Below are positions 1 to 12,600 of a stretch of DNA of 64,000 nt, one piece after another. The stretch is from Octopus sinensis. Its lineage: Eukaryota. Where the stretch lies: positions 29,512,001 through 29,576,000 of the forward strand of contig NC_043001.1 in NCBI RefSeq assembly GCF_006345805.1. Reading direction: 5' to 3'. The translations under genes and the position numbers were made by a program. The notes below the pieces were generated by a model that saw only the letters and a program-made list of their open reading frames with translations, was not told the origin of the DNA and did not search any database. The first letter of the stretch is position 1. The number at the start of each line of letters is the position of its first letter.

Positions 1-228
1 CAAGAATCATATGGTTGGTAAACTGACCATATCAGGCTCAAATACTCTACCTGTTTTAAGTTTAAATCAGCCAGACATGGCTTCTCAGTCTTCCCTACGA
101 TGCCATTTTAAAAATAAGCAATTATATCATTGAAATCTCAAAGCTATGAGATAATGCATGATTAATTCAAAACGATGTTAATGAATATACATTGCATAAA
201 ACAGAGTAATATGAGTGCTCAAGGGCCA
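1..228. mobile_element. Decayed copy of the MITE family seen at 61697-61911, opposite orientation
   Basis: aaactgaccatatcaggctcaaatactctacctgtttt is the near reverse complement of 61861-61898; termini degraded. Confidence 0.6.
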
Positions 229-284
229 AGTAAGATTAGAAAGTGCTGAGATGATTAGTCTTTGTTCTTGAAGGAGAAATACTC

Positions 285-508
285 TCTCTTTTTCTTTTAC
301 TCTTTTACTTGTTTCAGTCATTTGACTGCGGCTATGCTGGAGCACCGCCTTTAGTCGAGCAACTCGACCCCGGGACTTATTCTTTTTTGTAAGCCCAGTA
401 CTTATTCTATTGGTCTCTTTTTGCCGAACCGCTAAGTGATGGGGACGTAAACACACCAGCATCAGTTGTCAAGCAATGCTAGGAGAACAAACACAGACAC
501 ACAAACAC

Positions 509-594
<86 letters not shown>

Positions 595-760
595 TACGAC
601 AGGCTTCTTTCAGTTTCCGTCTACCAAATCCACTCACAAGGCATTGGTCGGCCTGGGGCTATAGCAGAAGACACTTGCCCAAGATGCCACACAGTGGGAC
701 TGAACCCAGAACCATGTGGTTAGTTAGCAAGCTACTTACCACACAGCCACTCCTGTGCCT
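285..760 (-). mobile_element. SINE family A (tRNA-derived head, internal microsatellite)
   Basis: Reverse strand: tggctgtgtggtaag (A-box-like), ggttcagtccc (B-box-like), body ggcaagtgtcttc, (TA)n, tail cagtcaaatgactgaaacaag; about 11 copies in window. Confidence 0.85.
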
Positions 761-1314
761 GATTGTTTTTCTTTTGTTATATTAATAATTCCTTTTAATA
801 TATATCATATTGATTTTTATAAATCAAGTTCGACTGAGATTTTTAATTCACCGAAGCAGTTCAAGAAATAAAAGATATTTTTAAAAAGGCTGGTCATTGC
901 AAGAAACAATTTAAGAAAGACTAACAGTTCAGTTGATTAACATTTAAATTTGATAATAAGTCAATTGAAATTGATATCCTAATTTTCACCACAAGAGAGA
1001 AAGTGATTTGCATTTCCTCAGATATAAAATTTTTTAAAGTTTCACGAGCTAAAAGAGGCCAATCCAAGAAATGTAACTCTAACAGGCTTAAAAGCCAGCT
1101 TTGTTCTTTTTTATTCTTGCAATTTATTTTCTATAGATGTATTCTATCAACTGTGAATTTAATTCCGATATTTTACAGCAACTCTGAGATCCATAAACCA
1201 AATCTGTTGTTTTCAAACCTCAAATAGCGAAGAGCCCAAGCCATACTTTTCTATTCAGCCACATCCAATGGTTGGTAATTTTCCCTCTGAAACACTTTCT
1301 TTCTTTTCTTTTCT

Positions 1315-1510
1315 TTTCTTTTACTTGTTTCAGTCATTTGACTGTGGCCATGCTGGAGCACCGCCTTTATAGTCTTTTATTCTTTGTAAGCCTAGTACTT
1401 ATTCTATCGGTCTCTTTTGCCGAACCGCTATGTTACGGGGACGTAAACACACCAGCATCGGTTGTCAAGCGATGCTGGGAGGACAAACACAGACACACAA
1501 ACATACACAC

Positions 1511-1554
<44 letters not shown>

Positions 1555-1655
1555 GATGGGCTTCTTCCAGTTTCCATCTACCAAATCCACTCACAAGGCT
1601 TTGGTCGGCCCGAGGCTATAGTAGAAGACACTTGCCCAAGGTGCCACACAGTGGC
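1315..1655 (-). mobile_element. SINE family A, head-truncated
   Basis: Same body and tail as 285-760. Confidence 0.85.
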
Positions 1656-1749
1656 ATGAAACTGTTCAGTGACATTAATTGGCTGTTATGAGACTATAAT
1701 GCTATACAAATAATGACGACAACAACACACATACAAAGATATATGTTTA

Positions 1750-1796
<47 letters not shown>

Positions 1797-2357
1797 GGAA
1801 AGACTATGGAAAAAGTTGCAAGATGCAATGAAAATTTTAGGAAAATAAAAAGATGAAATAAGTGGAAATTTTACTGGTGAGTGTGTTAAATAATAAGGCA
1901 CTAAAAGAGAATGACTCTCCCCAGACACAACAGTATAAAGGGAAAGTTTATGAAAATAAACATAAGACGAAAGCAGGTAGTGTACAAACAAACAGATGTA
2001 TTAGTATAGCACTCAGGAATAGAAGAAGTCTTTTACATTTCGAGCCTACGCTCTTCTACAAAAAGATACACAGAAAAAAACAAGGAGAGAAAAAAAATGT
2101 GTGTAGTAGCTAATGATCTATCATGGCGTCTAATATATATATATACTAATATATATATATTTATATATATATATATATATCTTTGTAAGTTTAGCTGAGT
2201 TAGAGGTTAAAATAAACGTTTAAGGGATAGAAGTATCCATTACACTACCACTATATTACCTATATTTAACCATGGGCATACATATGCAAACATATTATGT
2301 TCATAAGTTATAGGTAAAGACAAGGATAAACATGGGCTTATCACGAATCAAAATTTA

Positions 2358-3855
2358 AAGAAAACACAAAATGGAGAAGTACTGATGAACAACAATTGAC
2401 TTACATCAATTATCATTCATTTATTCAATACAAATAGAATGCATCCCATCTAACAGCTGTTTCTGTATGGTATTGCCATTGATATGCACAAATACATAAA
2501 ATATTAATCATATTTTGTAATAAAACTGATCTGAAACAAGGAGCTTCATCAGAGTGAAGAATAAATAAAGAAGAAGAGTATAGAGAGGAAAAAGGGAAAG
2601 GTTGAGTATGGTTGTAATCATACCATTTTGCTTGTTCATCTCTTAATATTTATTCCATAATATGGATCTTTTTGGTTTGAATGGCAGTTTTTTTCTAGTG
2701 GTGTCATATGAAATTGTCACCCATAATTATGACCCTAGAATCGATCTATTGCATTTCAATCTCTTTTAGGATTAGGGTTAGGGGTGGGGGGAAGGGTATC
2801 TTTTTTTCTTCACAAATGTAAATAAACCCAATCAGTTTCTTAAATGAGGGACATATTCATATGGCACAGAATGTTTTTTTTTACCTCAATAGATGCCATT
2901 GATTGGTTGAAATTGCAGAAATTGAAGAAAAAAACCAACAAATATCTTACAAACTATAGAATTTTCTCAATAAAGCCAAGAGAAAAAGATGTTTTATAAA
3001 CACATTCTACCAGTATACGAAGTTTAAAATTTTTTAGTTACCTAGAAATTATGTTAAAAACCTGCCGTTCAAACCAAAAAGATCCCATAATATTATTTTT
3101 TTAAATCTAATGTTTAATATCCGAAGCGTTTTAGGGCCCCTAACAAAACACACCATCTTCCTATTCATTTATTTATTTATCTTACCTTGTATAACGGTCT
3201 CAATAGCTGGTCTTTAGTTTTTAAATTTCAACTGACCATTTACATCAAACGCTGGACCTTGGCCTATCTCACTTCGGACAACAGGTGGAAAGGCTTAACC
3301 ACCTACTTGCAAATCAAATTGCATTTAACCAAATAGCACTTTATTATGAGTAATACTATTAATTAGTGCTACAAACAACTATTATAAATTATTATGATTA
3401 ATATAAAACCTTACTGTATCAAAACCCCTTCCCTGACTAAAACCTATTGCTCTATCCCACTATATTTTTTAAAATTTTTTTTTATTTATCCATCCTATCC
3501 CCCCACCCCTGTACAAAGGATTAACCCACCAATTGCTATTTTGGTTTAGTCTTTTACTTAATGGCCCAAAGAGACACAAGCAAAATGGTATGATTGCAAC
3601 CATATTCAACTTTTCCCTTTTTTCTCTCTATGCTCTTCCTCTTTATTTATTTTTCACTTTGATGAAGCTCCTTGTTTCAGATCGGTTTTATTACGAAATA
3701 TGATTAATATTTTACATATTTGTGCATATCAATGGCAACACTGGAAGCAGAAACAGCTGTTAGATGGGAGGCAGTCTATTTGCCTTGAATTAATTAATAA
3801 TAATTGATGTAAGTCAATTGTTGTTCATCAGTACTTCTCCGTTTTCTATTTTCTT
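2358..3855. mobile_element. Penelope-like remnant bounded by about 278-bp inverted repeats (2358-2635 / 3576-3855)
   Basis: Arms are clear reverse complements (roughly 85% identical by eye) and carry CTGATGA...GAAACAGCTGT hammerhead-like cores; Penelope class is inferred. Confidence 0.55.
2663..3087. mobile_element. MITE with about 30-bp TIRs and TA target (Tc1/mariner-type ends)
   Basis: ta|tggatctttttggtttgaatggcag ... ctgccgttcaaaccaaaaagatccca|ta. Confidence 0.8.
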
Positions 3856-4087
3856 ATCTTATATATATATATACACACACAAGTACACATATGCACATAA
3901 TGCATACATGCACACACACATATACATATACACACATGCCTTCTTTTATGCAAATTTTAACAGCTATTTTTCCATACCTGGATATTTGGATGGTTCTACT
4001 ATTGTTATCAAATAGCTATATAAAACAAATAAATATAAAGAATAGTAATATTTTGTTTTGTGTGTGTGTTAAACAAAAACAACTTAC

Positions 4088-4219
4088 GGTAAATGTAGTT
4101 AGAAACATATTTGGTTTCTTCAAGGTATCAGTAAGTGAAACTACGCCTGTCAATTTGTCTATTTGAAAGAATGACAAAGCTGGATATTTTCCAGTTAGTT
4201 TATAGTGTATGGATTTACC
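4088..4219 (-). CDS. Cadherin exon 29, short type, 44 aa; no further exon found in 1-4087
   Basis: ttgcag|[44 protein letters not shown]|gtaagt. Confidence 0.92.
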
Positions 4220-7200
4220 CTGCAAAAAGATAAAATAATACAAAAATACAGAGGGAAAGGTTAAATTTAGTGAATGCAAAAATATTTCTGATGACACAAC
4301 ATTACTTATTAAGTAAAAATTATTCTGTAGTTTTAAGAATAAACTATGTTTTATGTTAAAGAGCATGAGAAATATGAAGGACTTAAATCATTCACATAAC
4401 ATGATTGAAGACCCGACAAATGAAGAGAGTTCATGGCTCACAGCATGGCCTGCTGTGCTAGCCTTGGATCATAGAGTGACCCACTGTTCTTGAGGAGACC
4501 TATTGAGTCAAGTACGTCAACACCAACATCAAAATGAAAATCAAATGGAAATTGTAATTAAGAGACCCATGCTGGTGACACGTAAAAAGCACTGTCTGAA
4601 CGGAGCAGATGCCAGCACTGCTTGACTGGCATCTATGTCGGTGACACGTAAAAGCACCAACTGATCATGGCTGTTTGCAAGCCTCCTCTGACCCCTGTGC
4701 TGGTGGCACGTAAAAAGCACCCACTACACTCACGGAGTAGTTGGCGTTAGGAAGGGCATCCAGCTGTAGAAACACTGCCAGATCAGACTGGAGCCTGGTG
4801 CAGCCTCCTGGCTTCCCAGACCCTGGTCGAACCGTCCAACCCGTGCTAGCATGGAAAACGGACGTTAAGCGATGATGATGATGTATAGGTTAAAATAAAT
4901 TTTTCTATTTATGTTTAGGAAAGATTGAAGGTAATTTTATTGTTAACCTATTCATTTGTAATAAGTAGCTGCTTTAGCACTACCCTGCCCAGGACTAACT
5001 GTACCAAAGGGGTAATATTTAAATTAAAATCTAGATCAAAACTGTTTATAGCATGAATGATGTGAAATTCTGGTCTGTCCAGCATAATATATATTCATCA
5101 TTATCATCATCATCATCATCGTTTAACGTCCGCTTTCCATGCTAGCATGGGTTGGACGATTTGACTGAGGGCTGGCAAACCAGATGGCTGCACCAGGCTT
5201 CAATCTCAATCTGGCAGAGTTTCTACAGCTGGATGCCCTTCCTAACGCCAACCACTCCGAGAGTGTAGTGGGTGCTTTTACATGCCACCAGCAGCCAGGC
5301 AGTGCTGGCAATGACCTTGCTTGAAGCTTTTTACACATGCCACCAGCACAGGTGACAGTAAGGCGATGCTGGTAACAATCACACTCAAATGGTGCCTCTT
5401 ACATGCCACCGACATGGAGGCTAGTTAGCTGCTCTGGCAACGATCACGCTTTGATGGTGCTCTTAGTACCCTACTAGCATGGGGCTCAAGTGCCAGTAAG
5501 GCATTGAGTGGTGCCTTTAATGTGCCACTGGCATGGAAGCCGGTTAGCCGCTCTGTCAACAATCACATTCGTATGGTGCTCTTTGCACCCCACTAGCATG
5601 GATGCCAGTCATCGAATTTGATTTTGATTTTGATTTCACTTGCCTCAACAGGTCATCACAAGCAGAGTTTAGTGTCCAAGGAAAGAAAAGGTACGCATAA
5701 GTGGGCTGGTTACACCCCTGGCATAGGCCATGAGGTTATGGTCTCATTTGGCTTGCCGGGTCTTCTCAAGCACAGCATATATCCAAAGGTCTCGGTCACT
5801 AGTCTAACCACAAGAATTATATTCTTTTTTTATTTTACATTTTAAGAGGAAATATTCTAAAACTATCTCATTAGTCTTAAATTTTGAAATTTTCATTCAA
5901 AATATCAAAAAAATGTAATTATTTCTTCCATACATGTTTGTAGTAGTAAAGACAAAAACAAAATTTAAATATAATTTTCCAGATGCTCACCACATTAGAT
6001 CCAACTTGTACCCAAGATGTTCTTACAATATATATGTCACCTGGAGATTTAGTATCATTAAAAGTTAATGTACTTGGAAGATTTTGAAACTGTATTCGGG
6101 GTTGGCTTCGAGTAACAGTTATAATGACAGTTGCAGTTGCAGTATTTTCTGATGCACGTTTGTCGCGAGCAGTGACGGTCATCTTGAAGAAAAGATAAGA
6201 AGAAAAATTAAAAATGAGGATATCACAATTTTGCAATTTAAACATAAAATGAAATAAATAAAATAAATAAAATAAAATAAAATGGGCATGAGTTTGGACA
6301 AATAAGTTACCCCTCTGCACAACTCCCTTCATCCTGCTTATCACTCTGTTTTTATCCTTTTCACTAAGCTCTAACACTAATCTTTTCTTTTCCCTCTTGT
6401 TCCTTCCATAGTCTCTCCCCTAATGGTGACTTACTATGTTACTTTCTCCACTACCTCCTTACTATAAATCTTCTTCTCTCATCATACTTCACCCCACCCC
6501 ATCACTTTGCCTAACATCAATGCACTCTGCCCTATTCTCCTTCACTTATAAGAACCGCTTTATGTCTTTTAATCTTGCAAGTTGCAAGGCAATCTCATTA
6601 GTGCTGATGACTCAAAAATAAGCATCCAGTACTGTCTGCAAAGTGGTTGATGCTAGGAATGGCATTTAGTCACTGAAACCATGCCAAAACAGACAGCGAA
6701 ATGTAATGCAGTCCTCCAATATGTTAGATCCTGTCCAGCTGTCCAATTCATGCCAGTATGGAGAACGGAAGTAAAATGATGATGATGCTCTGAATTTTGA
6801 TTATGCAAAGACCCGGGCTGCTTCCTGCACCAGTTCCGCATAGCCCCTGCCCATTCAAAGTACCTTGGATTTCAGAACATCCCGCTGTGCTTGAGGAGAC
6901 CTATTGAGTCAAGTACATGAAGATCGAAATAAATATCAATGGAAATAGTAGTTGTGATACCTGTGCCGGTGGCACATAAAAAGCACCATCCGAACGTGGC
7001 CGATGCCAGTGGCACATTAAAAGCACCAACCAATCGTGGCCGCTGCCAGACTCCCCTGGCACCTGTGCCGGTGGCACGTAAAAAGCATCCACTACACTCG
7101 CCGAGTGGTTGGCATTAGGAAGGGCATCCAGCTGTAGAAACACTGCCAGATCAGACTAGAGTTTGGTGCAGCCTCCTGGCTTCCCAGACCCTGGTCGAAC

Positions 7201-8162
7201 CGTCCAACCCGTGCTAGCGCGGAAAACGGACGTTAAACAATGATGATGATGATGATGAATTATAATGACCAAAAGTCATTTCTGTCCGTAAAATCTTTTC
7301 AATTGTTCAAGAATGGTTGAGTAGACTATGTTATACTGATGTGGTCTAACAGACAGAATTATGTCCATAGCTGTCCTTTGCCTGCATGTAGAGAAAAAGG
7401 CTTTTATTCTCCTAAGTATGTAAATTAACTTTCGAGAGATTAATACTAACTTGTTAAAATTATTTCCCCTTTCATTTGATCAGTGATGCTAGGTTTTTGT
7501 GTTCTTTTTCCAACTGAGAGCCAAATTTCAAATAGTTATGACTGTCTTGCATATGATATTAAAAAAAAATTGCCTCTTAACTTATTTATAATTTATTGTC
7601 TTCTACTATAGATCTAGGGCTCACTAGTGCCTTGTGAGTGAATTTGGTAGACAAACTGTGTGGAAACCTAATATCATCATCCTTTAATGTCTGCTTTCCA
7701 TGCTAGCATGAGTTGGACGGTTCAACTGGGGTCTGGGAAGCCAGAAGGCTGCACCAGGCCCAATCTGATCTGGCAGTGTTTCTACAGCTGGATGCCCTTC
7801 TTAATGCCAACCACTCCGTAAGTGTAGTGGGTGCTTTTTATGTGCCATCGGCACAGGCCGGTGTATGTATATATGTATGTATATATATATATGTATGTGT
7901 GTGTGTGGATAGTACCCTCTGACTGGCTCCCATGCCAGTGGCACATAAATCATATCCAAATATGATCGATGCCAGGACTGCCTGACTGGCCTCCATGCTG
8001 GTGGCACACTACACTCTCGGAGTGGTTGGCGTTAAGAAGAGCATCCAGCTGTAAAAACATTGCCATATCAGATTGGAGCCTGGTGCAGCTCCTGGCTTTC
8101 CAGACTTCAGTCAAGCCGTCCAACCCATGCCAGCATAGAAAATGGACGTTAAACGATGATGA

Positions 8163-8202
<40 letters not shown>

Positions 8203-9642
8203 TTATATATATATATAACTCTCCATATCATGTTATAACCCACTTCAGATTGCACAGGACCCTGTGTGATAACACAACAGTGGAAGTATCATGTGATTTA
8301 CAATAAGAGCTGAAATTTGAATGAAGTAATTGCCATGTTCTGAGTGCATCCAGTCATGCACATATATGTGTGCACATGCATGTGTATGCATGTATGTGCA
8401 TATGTGTGTGTCCATGTGTGTGTGTGCACATGTGTGTATGTGTGTCTGCATGTGTGTGTGTGCACATGTGTGTATGTGTGTGTGCATGTATGTGTGCGCA
8501 TGTATTTTTGTGTTTGTCTCCTCACTCCTCTACATGACAACCGGTGTTGGTTTGTTTACATCCCATGACTTAGTGTGTTCATCAAAAGAAACCCAGAGAA
8601 TAAGTGCCAGACTTAAAAAATAAGCACTGGGGTTGCATTGTTTGATTAAACACTTCAAGGCAGTGCCCCAACATGGCCGCAAACTGTTGAGTGAAGCAAG
8701 CAAAAGAAGCAAAGATAAAAGATGCCATCTACTTACCCTATACGAAGTTGGGCTTAGAGAATCAGAAGTCAGTGAATTTTTAACCAAAATTTCACCACTG
8801 TCTTGCATTAGATAAAAGTACTGAAGAGTGTTTGAAGCTCCAGTTGCTGAATACACAATGGTGTCCTGCGTGTAATGAAAAAAAGAATGAATAAAATATC
8901 AATTTTTAAAAGAAAAGCAATCAAAAAAATTTTCTCATATCTCTTATATTTTATCTAGAGGTGCCAAGGCACTGAAGTATCTGATTAAGAACTTCACTTT
9001 CCCCTAATTACAGGTGACCAAAGTTTTCATTTCCAGGCAGGTTATTGACCTACAAGAACAGCTCACATTTGATCTGCAGAGGAATAACTGAGTTGATAAA
9101 TCTACTGAAACTCTCTGCTAAAAATAAAAGCTCAATATGTATGAAAATATAACAGGTGACTATAGGTAGGTAAAAATTTCAAAAGAGGAAATAAATATTT
9201 TCAATGAATCTCTAGTATTTTAATCTTCACCAATTTCTGAAATGCAAGCAAGTATCAATCAAACTTGGAGAAAATTATTAATCTACACAGAATGAATAGG
9301 TGGTCAGGAAATGTGTAATACAATGGAGTTTTTTTGTTGTTTTCTTTTTAAAGCATTCGCTCATTACAAGGTCCTTAGACCACTGAGCTACTAGAATAAA
9401 ATGAACTCTAGAAAGAAGTCAATAGGTGACGATATACATTAGACTTAAAAGACTGGAGGTTATGCTGAAGAGGAAAACAAGACTGTGGAAAGGAATTCCA
9501 AAGTTCAGAGGTATGAGGAAAGAAACTGGTACTGTAAAGTGTGTTACAACACTCAGGAGTTATTATAAAATTGCTAGTTTTATTTATGTATGTATGTATG
9601 TATGCATGTATGTACATATGTATGCATGTATGCACATATATT

Positions 9643-9681
<39 letters not shown>

Positions 9682-12600
9682 GATATAATATAATATATAT
9701 ATTCTGTAAATAATAATAATATTTATAAGCTGTATTGACTAAAGAAAATAGGTTAGTATTGGGGCACATAAGCTGTCAACAGAAAACAGTGGGTTTTCCA
9801 TATATATATGCATGGAACCAACTTTTTTCCATTGAGGGCTTATTTATATACCCCAACGCTAGACTATTTTCTTTAGTCAACGCATGGTGATCAATTATAA
9901 GCTTTAAGCTTATAAATATTGTTATTTACAGAATTGTCACTCATCACTGCTTCTCAATTTATTGCAATGTGTGTGTGAGTGTGTTTGTCCTTTCTGCTTC
10001 AATGCACAAGATTTTCTGAGTAGAAATGACAAAAAATGGTATTTTCCTCTCTATATTCCTGGTGAACATTATGTACCATAAATTTATGCCTCTGAAGCAA
10101 TGGAATTAAAATTCACTTATTTGTAAAACAAGAAACTGTTGGCAACTGGATGTGCATTCAATTGCCAACATAGTATCTTTACATGTAGCATTAAAGATAC
10201 TACTTAAATGATACCTATTCAACCTATACCAGCATAGAAGTATGGATGTAAAATAGATTATTGAACAAATAATATTATAAAAACATCAGAAATCAAATAT
10301 AATCTATGTTCATTACCATATCTTGATCTGTTGCTTTAATGGTAAGGATAACATCTCCAAGAGGTTTTGTGTCTGGAATTGTTACTCGATAGTCACTTGT
10401 TGAAAATACTGGTGGATTGGCATTCCTTATCACATTTATGACATATTTGCCCTGGACTGTGTTTTGTGGATACAATGTATTGTAAGCTTCAACGTTGAGC
10501 TGAAAAATATGTATAAGAGATCTTTTTATTTATAAATACATTTTTTATAGAATTAGGAATATTAAAACTAAATTTCTGTGAGAGCAACCAAAAGAACATA
10601 ATTATTGTAAGCATATTTCAAATATTCCACACTTCAAAAATATTCAGTGACATGGGCGATAAGTAACTGTACTGGTATGGGTATATGATGCATGAAGAGC
10701 AGTGGTTTATCAACCATTTTTTACCTATGGATCCCGTTGATACTTATTTTATTCAGGCAGACCCTATGTCCATTTGATCTTTAAAAAATCCTTTTATATT
10801 TTTATGATTAAATATTATTAGGAATTGCATTAAAAAACTTGTTAAAATATTTTGTTTACTATAGAAGTATTAGCAATTTATTGCACATAAATTTTAACAA
10901 AATAATCTTGTATGGACCCCCCAAGGATCATATGGACCTTGGCTGAGAACTCCTGATATAGAGAATGAATGCCACATAGAGATTTAAAGTTAGGGGAACC
11001 TGCAGAAGAGGGAGTCAAAGAAGACTTGGTATGAAGTGCTGAAGGGTGACCTGAAAATGCTACCTTTCACAAAAGCGATGACAAAGTACTGTACTGATTG
11101 GCAGTACACAGACACAGTGCTGCAGAAAACTCATCCACTAATGGCAAAATATAGAGTAGTATTTAGAAATGTAACATATATATATATATATTAGGAAATT
11201 AAAGGTTAGGGCCTGTCATAGAGTGACCATTGATTTCACACCTCCTATAAAGCACTTAGTAATATAGGCAATTGGTCAAACTCAGATGGCTGAAGGCTCA
11301 TAACCAAAGTCAATTCAATCCCTCTAGTGTCTATGATATAAAAATATGCACCCAGCACATCCTGTAAAACAGTTGTTGTTAAGAAGGGTGTCCAACCATA
11401 GAAACCTAGCCAAATGATATGTATGAGCAGCAGTCTTTAGGAACTATCTTTCAATAAGAAATGGCACTGTCCAAGAGGTGTATAGAAGGCAAACATAAAA
11501 TAATGACGATGGTGAACTTGTGAAAATAGATATAATGTATTTAATATGATGAATTACCAAATGAAAGGAGATGGAAAAAAAAAAAAAAGAAATGGCTTAA
11601 ATTTGGTCAAAAATAAGCAAATCAAAATACTATTTATTGCAGCAAACGATTAATCAAATTCTGTCTTTACAATTATAAAATTCTTACATCATAGGATTTT
11701 GTGTTTTCATCAGTTCTAAGGTTTTCTTTGACAGTCACTTCTCCAGTTTGTTCATTAAAATTAAAATAGTAAGTTGTCACTCCACTAGGGAGGAGACGTA
11801 ATTTTATGCTCCCCTGCAAAAAGAAATAGCAAAATATTAGTCTTCTGAAATGTTACATTCAGTTTTATTCTTCATTCTAAGATTTAACATTATTTTCTTT
11901 AAGAGCTAAGCATTAAAAAAAAAATGTGGAAAAAGCTTTCCTGCCACATAGGTTTTATTTAATATAAAAATTGAGATTTTTATTTTTAAATACTTTTTAA
12001 GCTAAAAGATGCAATTAGCTTGGTTGAAAGCATGCATCATGCCATTTCAATGGTGTATTGTTGGAATGGAATGGTTAGTTATAACGATTTCAGCACTGAC
12101 CTTTTGGTAAAGCTATTTTGGCAATAACTTGAAAAGGACTTGGGCTTAAATATTTATGGTTTATTAAGACACAGCTGAATAATATATTAGTATTATTGCA
12201 ATAATTGCAAAAAATGGTAGCAGTAGCCACTTCCAACAAATTTTATCAGCTAATAAGTTTTATCTTTCCCTAAATATTATTAGTATTTTAACTTGTAGCT
12301 ATGTAACTATTGCTAGAGAAAGGATAGTAGCAGACACTAAAAATTATTTTTGAAGTTAAAAAGAAACAAAACATTTTTCTATTTAGAAGATGACTGGACA
12401 TCACAGTTTCATGCCTTAGAACTCATAGGGCTGATCACCTAATTTTTAAGGCATGTAAGTGACTGAAATTACAACTTTCCCCTTGAATAGGATGTCAGTC
12501 TATCTCAGGGTCACTCATCTACAGCTGAGTAGACTAAGGCAAAAGGTGAAATGAAGTGTTTAGCTCGAGAACACAATGCACTGCCTGGTCCAGGAATTGA

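Noticed and set aside
466-723. YIYIYI / CVCVCV / THTHTH ORFs throughout the window
   Set aside because: Translations of (TA)n, (TG)n, (CA)n inside SINEs.
3185-3330. Possible next cadherin exon (CAAG|GTAAGA donor on minus)
   Set aside because: Stops in all three frames shortly upstream, no cadherin motifs; lies inside the Penelope-like remnant.
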